34,463 nt of DNA from Fidelibacterota bacterium (GTDB lineage: Bacteria; Fidelibacterota; Marinisomatia; Marinisomatales; TCS56): positions 1-34,463 of the forward strand of contig JBDRBK010000133.1 in NCBI GenBank assembly GCA_043822705.1, given 5' to 3'. The notes beneath the pieces were generated by a model. The model ran no database searches. It saw only the letters and a list, made by a program, of their open reading frames with translations, and was not told where the DNA came from. Positions 10,071 to 19,813 of this stretch are shown here, one piece after another. Position numbers and translations under genes: made by a program. Numbering within the stretch: the first letter of the stretch is position 1; every line of letters begins with the position of its first letter.

Positions 10071-10592
10071 ATGTCCCGACCAGTACCGATTAAAAACCAT
10101 CCCGGCCGGCCCGATCTGACCGGGGAACATCCCTGGGGCGATGTCGGGCAGGCCGTGCTGGCAATCCTGTTTTTAATCGTCTGGATCGCCGACTCGTTTT
10201 TTCTGAAGCTTACCACGGAACTCAGTCCTTGGCTGCCGCTGGTAATCCGGTTGCCTGTCGGGCTGGTCCTGCTGGGTCTGGCCTGGTACCTGGCCAGGAC
10301 GACGATGCATATCGTGTTTGGACAACACCAAACTGAACCACAGGTCATCCGGCAGGGTATCTACAATCATATCCGCCATCCCATGTATCTGAGCGAAATT
10401 CTACTGTACCTTGGTCTGTTGGTGATTAAATATTCGCGGGCAGCCACTCTGGTGTGGCTGGTGGTAATCGTTTTTTTATACTACATCAGCCGTTATGAGG
10501 AAAAACTGCTGCTGAATCGGTTTGGTGTCGATTATGAGAATTACCGGCGGGATGTACCGCTCTTAATCCCCCGTTGGCATCATCGTCGATAA
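10071..10592 (+). CDS. Isoprenylcysteine carboxylmethyltransferase/PEMT-family membrane protein
   Basis: TM helices plus GIYNHIRHPMY and EEKLL...FG..YENY..VP..IP signature. Confidence 0.9.
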   Translation: MSRPVPIKNHPGRPDLTGEHPWGDVGQAVLAILFLIVWIADSFFLKLTTELSPWLPLVIRLPVGLVLLGLAWYLARTTMHIVFGQHQTEPQVIRQGIYNHIRHPMYLSEILLYLGLLVIKYSRAATLVWLVVIVFLYYISRYEEKLLLNRFGVDYENYRRDVPLLIPRWHHRR

Positions 10593-10712
10593 GCGCTTCC
10601 TAATTAGCGGACGGTAGTAATAGCGGTCCCCCACGGCTGATTTCTATTGTCAGTAAGACAGTACAAAGGTAAACTCTTGTTATGTCGCAAGCCAGACGGC
10701 AACATTAACAGT

Positions 10713-11690
10713 ATGATCAGTAAAATAATTGCAACAGCAGCCATTAGCAGGATCAGATACCTATTACCAGGGCTGCTGATCATATTGCTGACGCATTGTA
10801 CCACCGAGGAGTCTGTTCATCCCTATGCCGGTGTAAAGTCACGTGAAGTCAGGAAATTTGCGGTGACTATTGTCGGGCGGGACACTATTTTAACCGCGCA
10901 GACCCAGCAAATCATGGTCGATCACAGTATAAAATTCGTTTATGAATATATAATCGAAAATTTTGACCGGACCGGCAATCTGATCGAATCCGGCTGGTTC
11001 GATTCGGAACAGGTGGCAATCTGGAAGGAGTATTTTGATTACAATGCCGCCGCCCAATTAACGCGGGAGCGCCATTGTCTTGACCAGGGTAAAATATTCG
11101 AGGAAATCAGCTATCGTTATGACGAGCAGGGAAATCTGATTGAGAAGTCTTCTCAGCATGAGCATATAACAGAGGTGAATAAGCGAATCTATATTTACCG
11201 AGATGACGTACTGACGTCAATGACTCACTATATTAATGACTCGTTGAGGTACATCGATACCTATGAACTGGATTCCAATGACAAAATCATCCAGCGTGTC
11301 CGACACAGACCAAATGGTAAAATAATTTTTCGGGAAATACATCACCAGGTTAATCAGTACTATCTGAAAATGGATTATTTTTATCCTTTCCGCGATTCGT
11401 CGTTTTTTTCCGTGCTGGAAACTTATGATGATTACGACAACCCGGTATCCAACACCATGATCATCGAAGGACAGGTAAAAAAAGACCGGATGTTTCGCTA
11501 TGAACGGCTGAACCGTCTTGATCAATTAATCAGCTCGGATCTGAACCGGAAAACGGGAGTGATCAGATCGTCTAAAAACGTTTATGTGTATAACGAGCAG
11601 GGAAGATTGTTGGAAGACCGGTTTTATGTTTTCGAAGGCTTCGAGGCGATACTCACAACAATTACTACCTACACCTATTCTTATTATTGA
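10713..11690 (+). CDS. Hypothetical lipoprotein with YD/RHS-like repeats
   Basis: ATG 10713, then a hydrophobic stretch and lipobox-like LTHC. Repeated units FDRTGNLIE, YNAAAQLT, YRYDEQGNLIE, YDDYDNPV and YVYNEQGRLLE; ends YTYSYY. Confidence 0.6.
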   Translation: MISKIIATAAISRIRYLLPGLLIILLTHCTTEESVHPYAGVKSREVRKFAVTIVGRDTILTAQTQQIMVDHSIKFVYEYIIENFDRTGNLIESGWFDSEQVAIWKEYFDYNAAAQLTRERHCLDQGKIFEEISYRYDEQGNLIEKSSQHEHITEVNKRIYIYRDDVLTSMTHYINDSLRYIDTYELDSNDKIIQRVRHRPNGKIIFREIHHQVNQYYLKMDYFYPFRDSSFFSVLETYDDYDNPVSNTMIIEGQVKKDRMFRYERLNRLDQLISSDLNRKTGVIRSSKNVYVYNEQGRLLEDRFYVFEGFEAILTTITTYTYSYY

Positions 11691-11864
11691 TCCGAAAACC
11701 GACTGCCGCGACCTGCCGTTTGTCATGTGGTCCTTCAGATGAAAAAAAGATCAATTATCCCCACATAGAATCATATCCAATTAATCCGTAAATTTTTACC
11801 GGCAACTATTTGACACTTTAACCCGTTAACACCCGAATACGTTAGCACTTTTACGAGGTAATCA

Positions 11865-13235
11865 GTGAATATCAATCCTTATATGTTTCGTGAATACGAT
11901 ATCCGCGGCAATGTGGCGGAAGATTTTCCACCGGATGTGGTTGTACTGTTAGGCAAGGGTTTTGGCACCTTCGTTCGCAACCAGGGTGGCAAGGAAATCA
12001 CCCTCTCCGGCGATGTCCGTTTGACTACGCCGACACTGATGGAGCAATTCAAGCGCGGCGTCCTGTCCACCGGCGTGGACGTGATTGATCTGGGCCAACT
12101 ACCGACTCCGGTCAATTATTTTTCCATGTACCATCTGGATGTGGCCGGCGCCTGCCAGATCACCGGCAGTCATAATCCGCCGGAATACAACGGTTTCAAA
12201 CTGAGTTACCAGCGCGGTGCCGTCTACGGCCAGCAGATTCAGGACATTCGGCAGATTATCGAGTCCAACGCTTTTGCCACCGGTGCAGGCAGCGAGATTC
12301 GCTATGAAATCAAGCGCGATTATGAGCAGATGATTCTTGGGAAAATCCATCTGGAACGGCCGGTGAAAGTTGTGATGGACTGCGGCAACGCCGCGGCCTG
12401 CATCAATGCGCCGGTGATTTTCCGGGAACTGGGAGTTGATCTGACTGAATTGTACTGCGATATCGATGGTAGTTTCCCCAATCATCATCCCGATCCCACC
12501 GTGGCAGCCAACCTGACTGAATTGATCCGGCTGATGAAGACCGGCCAGTATGACGTGGGCGTGGCTTTCGACGGCGATGCCGACCGGGTCGGCGTCGTGG
12601 ACGAGACCGGTACGATCATCTGGGCCGATCAGTTGATGGCCCTGTTCCTGCCGGAGATCGTGACGCCGGGTGATGAAATCCTGTTCGACGTGAAATGCTC
12701 TCAGGCGCTGGAAGATATGATCATCAGGTACGGCGGCAAACCGGTGATGTGGAAAACCGGCCACTCACTGATCAAACAGCGGATGCGCGAACTGAACTGC
12801 AAATTCGGCGGCGAAATGAGTGGTCATATCTTTTTTGCCGATGATTATTTCGGCTACGACGATGCCCTGTATGTGGCGGCGCGGTTAGTGCAGCTAATTT
12901 CCCGCGGCAATAAAAAATTATCGGAACTGGCGGCGGAAATTCCCAAATATTATTCGACACCCGAAATGCGGATGATGTGCGAATCAGACGAAGAAAAATT
13001 CCGGATCGCCAAAGAAGCGGCGGAATATTTCAGCGCCAATTACGACGTGATCGCCGTGGACGGCGTGCGGATCAAATTCGGTGACGGCTGGGGCCTGGTG
13101 CGCTCCTCCAACACTCAACCGGTGATCGTCTGCCGCTTCGAAGCTGCTACCCAGGAACGGATGGAAGAAATTAAAAATCTGGTGCTCACCAAACTGCAAT
13201 CCATTGGCAAGATAGAATTGGATGCCGGTCACTGA
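11865..13235 (+). CDS. Phosphomannomutase/phosphoglucomutase (AlgC-like)
   Basis: FREYDIRG, catalytic TGSHNP, metal-binding FDGDADR, sugar-binding GEMSGH, and RSSNTQP. GTG start with GAGG SD. Confidence 0.95.
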   Translation: MNINPYMFREYDIRGNVAEDFPPDVVVLLGKGFGTFVRNQGGKEITLSGDVRLTTPTLMEQFKRGVLSTGVDVIDLGQLPTPVNYFSMYHLDVAGACQITGSHNPPEYNGFKLSYQRGAVYGQQIQDIRQIIESNAFATGAGSEIRYEIKRDYEQMILGKIHLERPVKVVMDCGNAAACINAPVIFRELGVDLTELYCDIDGSFPNHHPDPTVAANLTELIRLMKTGQYDVGVAFDGDADRVGVVDETGTIIWADQLMALFLPEIVTPGDEILFDVKCSQALEDMIIRYGGKPVMWKTGHSLIKQRMRELNCKFGGEMSGHIFFADDYFGYDDALYVAARLVQLISRGNKKLSELAAEIPKYYSTPEMRMMCESDEEKFRIAKEAAEYFSANYDVIAVDGVRIKFGDGWGLVRSSNTQPVIVCRFEAATQERMEEIKNLVLTKLQSIGKIELDAGH

Positions 13236-14199
13236 TCAATTTCTCAAGCTGATTGCCGACCTGCACCGGCAGGTCGAAACCGGGCTGGCTGCGCTGCAAT
13301 TGCCTGCTGAGCCGCGTTACCTGTACGAACCGCTACGTTATGCTCTTGCGGGCAAAGCCAAGCGCCTGCGGCCGATTCTGGTCCGTCTGGCCGGTGAAGC
13401 CTGCGGCGCCGATCCGGTCGATCTGCTCAACGCCGGCCTGGCGGTGGAACTGCTGCATAATTTCACCCTGGTGCATGATGATATCATGGACAGCGACGAT
13501 CGCCGCCACGGACAGGCCACGGTCTATAGAAAATGGGATGAATCCACTGCGATCCTGGCTGGTGACGGTATTTTTGCCTTCAGCCAGTTGCTGATCGGTA
13601 GAGTGAAGGTCAATCCGCTGCAATGTTTCCTGCGGTTCAACCAGGCCACGCTGGCAATTTGCGAGGGACAGGCCTACGATAAGGAATTCGAAACCGCCGC
13701 TACTGTCGGCCTGGATCAATATCTGACAATGGTGGCCAAAAAAACCGGCAACCTGCTCGGCCTCTGTGCCGAACTGGGCGCGCTGCTGGGCGATCAGCCG
13801 GCCGCAACCTGCCAGGCCCTGTACGACTACGGTCTTGTTTTGGGTCAGGCCTTCCAGGTTCAGGATGACATTCTGGAGATCACCGCCGATTCGCGCGCGA
13901 TGGGCAAGAGTCTGGGCAGCGATATTGCCGCCGGCAAACAGACCGTGCTGACGATCCTGGCCCGGGAACGGAACCAGGCGGAATGGCAGTTGTTCCGGTC
14001 CGAGCATTCCGACATGGCCGCAGCGCAGTTGTGCGCCATCTACCGCGATTATTTTACCGTCACCGGCATCCTGGCACATTCCCGGGAACTGGCCGGTGAA
14101 CTGGTGCGGCAGGCGCTGGTGAAATTGCAGGTAATTCCGGAAGAACGCCGTGGCGATTTACTGGCATTTTCCGAGCTGGTGCTGAACCGCAAGAAATAA
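13222..14199 (+). CDS. Short-chain trans-polyprenyl diphosphate synthase (GGPP/FPP synthase family)
   Basis: KRLRP, first Asp-rich motif HNFTLVHDDIMD..RH, AILAGD, EGQAYD, KKTG, and second motif FQVQDDILE. Confidence 0.92.
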   Translation: MPVTDQFLKLIADLHRQVETGLAALQLPAEPRYLYEPLRYALAGKAKRLRPILVRLAGEACGADPVDLLNAGLAVELLHNFTLVHDDIMDSDDRRHGQATVYRKWDESTAILAGDGIFAFSQLLIGRVKVNPLQCFLRFNQATLAICEGQAYDKEFETAATVGLDQYLTMVAKKTGNLLGLCAELGALLGDQPAATCQALYDYGLVLGQAFQVQDDILEITADSRAMGKSLGSDIAAGKQTVLTILARERNQAEWQLFRSEHSDMAAAQLCAIYRDYFTVTGILAHSRELAGELVRQALVKLQVIPEERRGDLLAFSELVLNRKK

Positions 14200-14275
14200 T
14201 CTTACCCGATAATCCCGATGATATCCGTCCGATCAGGAACAGTAACATACAATTAAAGACATGCCGGAGTAAGCA

Positions 14276-15319
14276 ATGACAGAAAAGTTTTCATCGAAAT
14301 ACGACCCACAGAACATGTACCAGGCGATCTATGATTTTCCCGACCATATCGCCGATGCGATCCGGATCGGCGCCGCAATCGTATTGAATCAGGATTACAC
14401 AGATGTACATTCAATCGTCGTGGCCGGGATGGGTGGTTCCGCCATCGGTGGCGATGTAGCCAATATGCTGGTCGGCGAGCAACTGTCGGTACCGGTCAAG
14501 GTCGTCCGCGGCTATAAATTACCCAACTGGGCGAATGTCAAGACGCTGGTAATCTGTTCATCCTATTCCGGCAACACCGAGGAAACCCTGGCGATTTATG
14601 CCGAGGCCCGCACCCGCGGTATCCGGATTTGCGGTATCACCACCGGCGGTACGATCGGCGACCTTCTGGATCGCGATGGTCTCGATAAGGTGATGATCGT
14701 TCCCGGACTCCAGCCCCGGGCGGCGCTGGCCTATTCGTTTGTCACCCTGCTGTATCTGCTGAAGAACCTGGATGTAATCGATGGTGAGTTTGAAATCTGG
14801 CTGCAGCAGACGGTGGAACTGCTGAAAGTCGGCCGCGATAAATATTCCGCTGCCAGTAATAATCCCGCCCGCCACCTGGCTGGTGAGATCGCCGGGAAGT
14901 TGCCGATCATTTACGGCGAGACCGAATCGACGGCGGTCGTAGCCCGGCGCTGGTGCGGCCAGCTCAGCGAGAACGGCAAAATGCTGGCCTATTACAATGA
15001 ATTGCCGGAAATGAACCACAACGAAATCGTGGGCTGGGAGAATAATCCCGAAATATTGAAAAAAATGGTTATCCTGTGGTTGAAAGACAGTGACGATCAC
15101 CCCCGGGTGCAGATCCGCCAGCAGATCAGCGAACGACTGATTGCAAACTATTGTGACCAGGAAATTATCACTGTCGACGGTCCCAATCGCTTTGTGCGCC
15201 TGCTGCACCTGATTCATTTCGGCGACTGGCTCAGCTACTGGTGCGCCCTCGAACACCGGACCGACCCGACGCCGGTGACCAAAATCAACGCTTTGAAGAA
15301 TAAACTGGCGGAACTTTAA
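14276..15319 (+). CDS. Bifunctional phosphoglucose/phosphomannose isomerase (SIS-domain PGI/PMI)
   Basis: GMGGSAIGG, SYSGNTEET, QPRAA, RWCGQLSENGK, PEMNHNEIVG, and DPTPV..I..LK. Confidence 0.92.
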   Translation: MTEKFSSKYDPQNMYQAIYDFPDHIADAIRIGAAIVLNQDYTDVHSIVVAGMGGSAIGGDVANMLVGEQLSVPVKVVRGYKLPNWANVKTLVICSSYSGNTEETLAIYAEARTRGIRICGITTGGTIGDLLDRDGLDKVMIVPGLQPRAALAYSFVTLLYLLKNLDVIDGEFEIWLQQTVELLKVGRDKYSAASNNPARHLAGEIAGKLPIIYGETESTAVVARRWCGQLSENGKMLAYYNELPEMNHNEIVGWENNPEILKKMVILWLKDSDDHPRVQIRQQISERLIANYCDQEIITVDGPNRFVRLLHLIHFGDWLSYWCALEHRTDPTPVTKINALKNKLAEL

Positions 15320-15373
15320 ACACCGTTAAAAATAATTGAACTTGAATTATGTACGGGATATATTAATAGCAGG

Positions 15374-15931
15374 ATGCAGCTTGTTCCAGTCACAGTCGCC
15401 AAAATCACTTTTCATGCGCCCAGTCACAGCTACGCTGTACTGCTGAGCGAGATCGGTGGGCCGCGTTCGCTGCCGGTGATTGTCGGCGCTTATGAAGCCC
15501 AGGCGATCGCTCTGGCCGTCGAGAATATTAAGACGCCGCGGCCGCTGACTCATGATTTGCTGAGTAATCTGATCGATTCACTGACAATCAATCTGGTTTC
15601 GGCCGTAATCACCGATTTGAAAGACGGCGTCTACTATGCCCGGCTGGAATTCTCCGGCGGCGGAATCAGGCGCCACTCGATCGATTCCCGTCCCAGCGAC
15701 GCCATCGCCATCGCTCTGCGCCTGGGTACGCCGATGTTCGTTGCGGAAACGGTGCTGCGGGAAGCGGCAATTGAAACAACCAAATCAGAGCCGGAAATTG
15801 GCGATCGTCCTGAGGAACAGGGTCAAGGGGATCGGCTGTATCTCGAGCAGCAACTGGCCCGGGCGGTCGAGCGGGAGGAATATGAGACTGCCGCCGAATT
15901 GCGGGATAAAATCCGCCAGTTGGATTCTTAG
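15374..15931 (+). CDS. Bifunctional nuclease family protein (DUF151) with C-terminal UVR domain
   Basis: LPVIVGAYEAQAI, RPLTHDL, IDSRPSDAIAIALR, then the UvrB/C-type tail LARAVEREEYETAAELRDKI. Confidence 0.92.
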   Translation: MQLVPVTVAKITFHAPSHSYAVLLSEIGGPRSLPVIVGAYEAQAIALAVENIKTPRPLTHDLLSNLIDSLTINLVSAVITDLKDGVYYARLEFSGGGIRRHSIDSRPSDAIAIALRLGTPMFVAETVLREAAIETTKSEPEIGDRPEEQGQGDRLYLEQQLARAVEREEYETAAELRDKIRQLDS

Positions 15932-16647
15932 AGTTCGTCCAGCAGGGCGTCGAGTGCAATTTGAGCCGCGGACTGTTCCGCGGCTTTTTTATTACTACCT
16001 ATACCGGTAGGGAATTCACGGTCGCCGATCTTGACATGGATCTCGAACATTTTTTGATGTTCCGGTCCGGTGACTGAAGCGACACAGAATTTGGGGTTCC
16101 CCTGCTGGCTGGAATGGCAGAATTCGATCAGGCGCCCTTTATAATTGGTTGCTTTCCAGGCCTCGACGCGATGGCGCCAGACCGTATCCAGGATCAGTTT
16201 TTCGCAGGGATCGATACCGCCGTCCATATACATCGCTCCGATCAGTGCCTCGTACACATTACCCAATTGTTTGACGGCAATCTTGTCAATGTCCAGGTCT
16301 ACGGAAGCCTCGATTTTCAGGATGGACAGGAGGTCCAGCATATTTCCCATGACCGACAGGAACGATTTCTGCACCAAAGCGGATCGTTTCTGGGTCAGGA
16401 TACCTTCGTCACCTTCGGGAAATTCGGACATCAGCGCCTCGCTGATGACCAGGTCGATTACGGCGTCGCCCAGAAATTCCAACCGTTCATAGTTCTGGCG
16501 CGGACCGGGATCAAGCGAACGGTGGGTGAAGGCCTGGATCAGGTATTCAATGCGTTGGAAGCGGTATCCGATCCGTTTTTCCAGCTTGGCGAAGCCATCA
16601 TCTCGCCGCTGATCGGAACGTGCGAATAGTCTGGCAAAGAAACCCAA
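15928..16647 (-). CDS. rnc: Ribonuclease III
   Basis: AFTHRS, signature NYERLEFLGDAV, EALIGAMYMDGG, and a C-terminal dsRBD (NYKGRLIE...GPEH...KKAAEQSAA). TTG start 1 nt after the fabF stop. Confidence 0.97.
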   Translation of the reverse strand: MGFFARLFARSDQRRDDGFAKLEKRIGYRFQRIEYLIQAFTHRSLDPGPRQNYERLEFLGDAVIDLVISEALMSEFPEGDEGILTQKRSALVQKSFLSVMGNMLDLLSILKIEASVDLDIDKIAVKQLGNVYEALIGAMYMDGGIDPCEKLILDTVWRHRVEAWKATNYKGRLIEFCHSSQQGNPKFCVASVTGPEHQKMFEIHVKIGDREFPTGIGSNKKAAEQSAAQIALDALLDEL

Positions 16648-16648
16648 A

Positions 16649-17893
16649 TTAATTCGACCAGCGTTTGATTAGCAGAACCGCGTTGTGCCCCCCGAACCCG
16701 AGGGAGTTGGATATGGCAACGTTGATGCTTGATGCAACGGCCTGGTTTGGTACATAATTCAGATCGCATTCCGGATCAGGTGTGGTCTGATTGATCGTGG
16801 GTGGAACCAGATCATTATTGATGGCCAGGATTGCGGCAATGGCCTCGATGCCGCCGCTGGCGCCCAGCAGGTGCCCGGTCATCGACTTGGTGGAACTTAC
16901 CAGCAAGCGGCCGGTATGTTCGCCGAAAACGGTTTTGATGGCGGCGGTTTCGTTCTTGTCGTTATACGGTGTCGAAGTACCATGGGCGTTGATATAATCC
17001 ACAGCGGTCACCGGCAGTCCGGCATCGCAGATCGCCAATCGCATCGCTTCGGCGGCGCCGGTGCCACCGGCCGCCGGCTGGGTGACGTGAAAAGCGTCAT
17101 CGGTGGCGCCGTACCCGGCGACTTCCGCCAGGATGGTCGCCCCGCGGGAACGGGCATGTTCCAGTTCTTCCAGCACCAGGATACCGGAACCCTCGGCAAT
17201 CACAAAGCCGTCACGCTCGGCATCGAAGGGCCGGCTGGCGCCGACGGGATCGTCATTGCGGGTGGACAGGGCCTTCATGTTGGCGAAACCAGCCACGGCC
17301 ATTGGACAGACCGAAGCTTCGGCACCGCCGGTGATCATTACATCGGCGTCGCCATATTGAATCGCCCGCAACGCTTCGCCGATGGCGTCCGATCCGGAGG
17401 CGCAGGCCGAAACAACGACGTGGTTGGGACCCTTGAAGCCCCATTTAATAGCCACATGACCGGCCGCGATATTAGCAATCATCTTGGGTATGAAAAACGG
17501 TGAAATCCGGCGCGGACCTTTCTCAAGCATGATTTGATGCTGCTCTTCGAAGGTCTCGATCCCACCGATCCCGGAGCCGATGATGACCCCGACCCGTTCC
17601 GGGTCGATGCCGTCGTTGGTCAGGTGGGCCTGTTCGATTGCTTCGGCGGCGGCTACCAGAGCATAGAGGGCAAAACGGTCCAGTTTGCGGATTTCTTTAT
17701 GTTCAAGATGATCCTCGGCGTTGAAGCCGGTCAATTCACCGGCAATCCGGACCGTGTAATCGGTCGTGTCGAAATGCGTGATCGGGCCGATACCGCTGGT
17801 ACCGGTACGCAGCGCCCCCCAGTATTCAGGTATTGAATTACCGTTGGGGGCCAGGACCCCCATGCCGGTCACTACGACGCGCCGTCTGGGCAT
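16649..17893 (-). CDS. fabF: Beta-ketoacyl-ACP synthase II
   Basis: RRVVVTGMG, SACASG (catalytic Cys), INAHGTST, KSMTGHLLGA, and SNSLGFGGHN. Confidence 0.97.
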   Translation of the reverse strand: MPRRRVVVTGMGVLAPNGNSIPEYWGALRTGTSGIGPITHFDTTDYTVRIAGELTGFNAEDHLEHKEIRKLDRFALYALVAAAEAIEQAHLTNDGIDPERVGVIIGSGIGGIETFEEQHQIMLEKGPRRISPFFIPKMIANIAAGHVAIKWGFKGPNHVVVSACASGSDAIGEALRAIQYGDADVMITGGAEASVCPMAVAGFANMKALSTRNDDPVGASRPFDAERDGFVIAEGSGILVLEELEHARSRGATILAEVAGYGATDDAFHVTQPAAGGTGAAEAMRLAICDAGLPVTAVDYINAHGTSTPYNDKNETAAIKTVFGEHTGRLLVSSTKSMTGHLLGASGGIEAIAAILAINNDLVPPTINQTTPDPECDLNYVPNQAVASSINVAISNSLGFGGHNAVLLIKRWSN

Positions 17894-17899
17894 ACTATA

Positions 17900-18130
17900 T
17901 CAGGATTTGCTTTCGATATAATCGATGGCGGCGCCGACGGTGGTGATATTTTCGGCGTCTTCGTCAGGAATTTCGATTCCGAATTCTTCTTCCAATTGCA
18001 TGATTAATTCGACCGTGTCCAGGGAATCGGCACCCAGATCATCCACGAAATGTGCATCGCGGGTGATTTTATCTTCCTCGACGCCGAGTTTGTCTACGAT
18101 TACTTCTTTGATTTTTTCAAAAATATCCAT
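17900..18130 (-). CDS. acpP: Acyl carrier protein
   Basis: 76 aa, acidic, [12 protein letters not shown] phosphopantetheine site. Confidence 0.98.
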   Translation of the reverse strand: MDIFEKIKEVIVDKLGVEEDKITRDAHFVDDLGADSLDTVELIMQLEEEFGIEIPDEDAENITTVGAAIDYIESKS

Positions 18131-18146
18131 TTTTCTCTCCTTATTG

Positions 18147-18893
18147 TTAAGTCATCGTCATTCCACCATCGACGGCAACTGTCTGGCCGGTAATATAGGC
18201 GGCGGCGTCAGACACTAAAAACAGCACCATGGCGGCAATGTCATTTATATTTCCAATTCGACCCAGAGGAATCTGCTTGACCAGCTCGGCCTTAATTTCT
18301 TCCTTCAGGTCTGCGGTCATGTCGGTGTCGACATAACCGGGCGCAACACAATTTACGGTAATGCCACGGGATGCCAGCTCCTGGGCGGTGGCCCTGGTGA
18401 AACCGATCAAACCGGCTTTGGAGGCGGCGTAATTGGTCTGGCCGGCATTGCCGGTGATTCCCACCACCGACGATATATTGATAATCCTTCCCGCACGCTG
18501 TTTCATCATCTGCCGGCAGACGGCCTTGGTGGTATTGAACGCGCCTTTCAGATTGGTGTTCAGCACCGCGTCCCAATCGGCTTCGGACATCCGCACCAGC
18601 AGGGTGTCGCGGGTGATGCCGGCATTGTTGACCAGAATGTCGATCCGATCATATTTATCAATGATATTTTTAATCAGCTGGCTGACGCTTTCCGCGGCAC
18701 TGATATCGGCGGCGGCGGCTTCGGCCAGTAAACCGCTGGCGGTCAATTCAGCGGCTACCGACTGGACGGCGTCCAGATGCCGGCTGACACAGATTACCCG
18801 GGCGCCGGCGGTAGCCAGGGTCCGGGCGATACCATAACCGATACCGCGCGAGGCACCGGTTACAATTGCAATCTTATTAGTGAGTTCAAACAT
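18147..18893 (-). CDS. fabG: 3-oxoacyl-ACP reductase
   Basis: [23 protein letters not shown] and VDGGM motifs; fab cluster context. Confidence 0.97.
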   Translation of the reverse strand: MFELTNKIAIVTGASRGIGYGIARTLATAGARVICVSRHLDAVQSVAAELTASGLLAEAAAADISAAESVSQLIKNIIDKYDRIDILVNNAGITRDTLLVRMSEADWDAVLNTNLKGAFNTTKAVCRQMMKQRAGRIINISSVVGITGNAGQTNYAASKAGLIGFTRATAQELASRGITVNCVAPGYVDTDMTADLKEEIKAELVKQIPLGRIGNINDIAAMVLFLVSDAAAYITGQTVAVDGGMTMT

Positions 18894-19809
18894 TTTTCAG
18901 GTTTTCGATATCGGCTAACGATTCCACTCCAACAGCCCCGAATTTACGATTAATTCGCCGCAATAATCCTTGTAAAACTCGTCCCGGACCGACTTCGATA
19001 AAATTGGTTATGCCGGCTGCTTCCATATTGGTGATTGCCCGGTGCCAACGCACGGGATTTTCGAGCTGGTCGATCAGTGAGCGACGAATTTCGTCGTCAT
19101 GGGTGATCGGCAAGGCGGAAACATTGGCATAGAGCGGCGTGGTCAGGTCATTGATCGGCGTGGTCGCCAGTTTGGCGGCCAGTTTTTCCCGGGCCGGCGC
19201 CATCAGGGGCGAGTGAAAGGCGCCGCTGACATTCAATTCTACGACTTTAATAGCCCCGGCTGCCGTGGCCAGTTCCATGGCCTTGCGGACCGCCGTCACT
19301 GCACCGGAAATGACGATCTGGCTGGGGGCGTTGTAGTTGGCGGCAATCACCACGCCTTGGATCGAAGCCTGCCGGCAGACTTCATCGACAGCCTCGTCAC
19401 TGAGACCCATCACCGCCGCCATCGTGCCCGCCGCCGCTTCGCCGGCCGCCTGCATACTTTCAGCCCGGATTTTAACCAGTTCCAGTCCGGTGGCGAAATC
19501 GAATGCGCCGGCAATAGTCAAAGCCGAATATTCCCCCAGACTGTGGCCGGCCACCGCAGCCGGTTGCAGGCCCGCTTCCAGCAGTAATTGACCGAGGATG
19601 ACACTGACAATATAAATCGCCGGTTGGGTGTAGCGGGTTTGTTTCAGGACGTCTTCCGGTCCGTTGAAGGTGATCTCCTTGATATCAGCACCGAGAATTT
19701 GGTTCGCCTGATCGAAATATTGCCGGCCGATGGCGGTCTGCTGGTATAATTCCAGACCCATGCCCACTTTCTGGGAGGCCTGACCGGGGAATATGAATGC
19801 CTGGCTCAT
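18886..19809 (-). CDS. fabD: Malonyl-CoA:ACP transacylase
   Basis: FPGQASQ, TQPAI, GHSLGEY, VSGAFHS and EVGPG. Confidence 0.97.
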   Translation of the reverse strand: MSQAFIFPGQASQKVGMGLELYQQTAIGRQYFDQANQILGADIKEITFNGPEDVLKQTRYTQPAIYIVSVILGQLLLEAGLQPAAVAGHSLGEYSALTIAGAFDFATGLELVKIRAESMQAAGEAAAGTMAAVMGLSDEAVDEVCRQASIQGVVIAANYNAPSQIVISGAVTAVRKAMELATAAGAIKVVELNVSGAFHSPLMAPAREKLAAKLATTPINDLTTPLYANVSALPITHDDEIRRSLIDQLENPVRWHRAITNMEAAGITNFIEVGPGRVLQGLLRRINRKFGAVGVESLADIENLKNV

Positions 19810-19813
19810 GCTA

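Noticed and set aside
10593..10712. Integron attC site between small accessory-like genes
   Set aside because: GTTATGT is present, but there is no complementary RYYYAAC box or paired L boxes, and no integrase in the window.
14200..14275. Short CCGAT repeats in the intergenic region
   Set aside because: Three 5-mers with irregular spacing are not distinguishable from chance and are not CRISPR-like.
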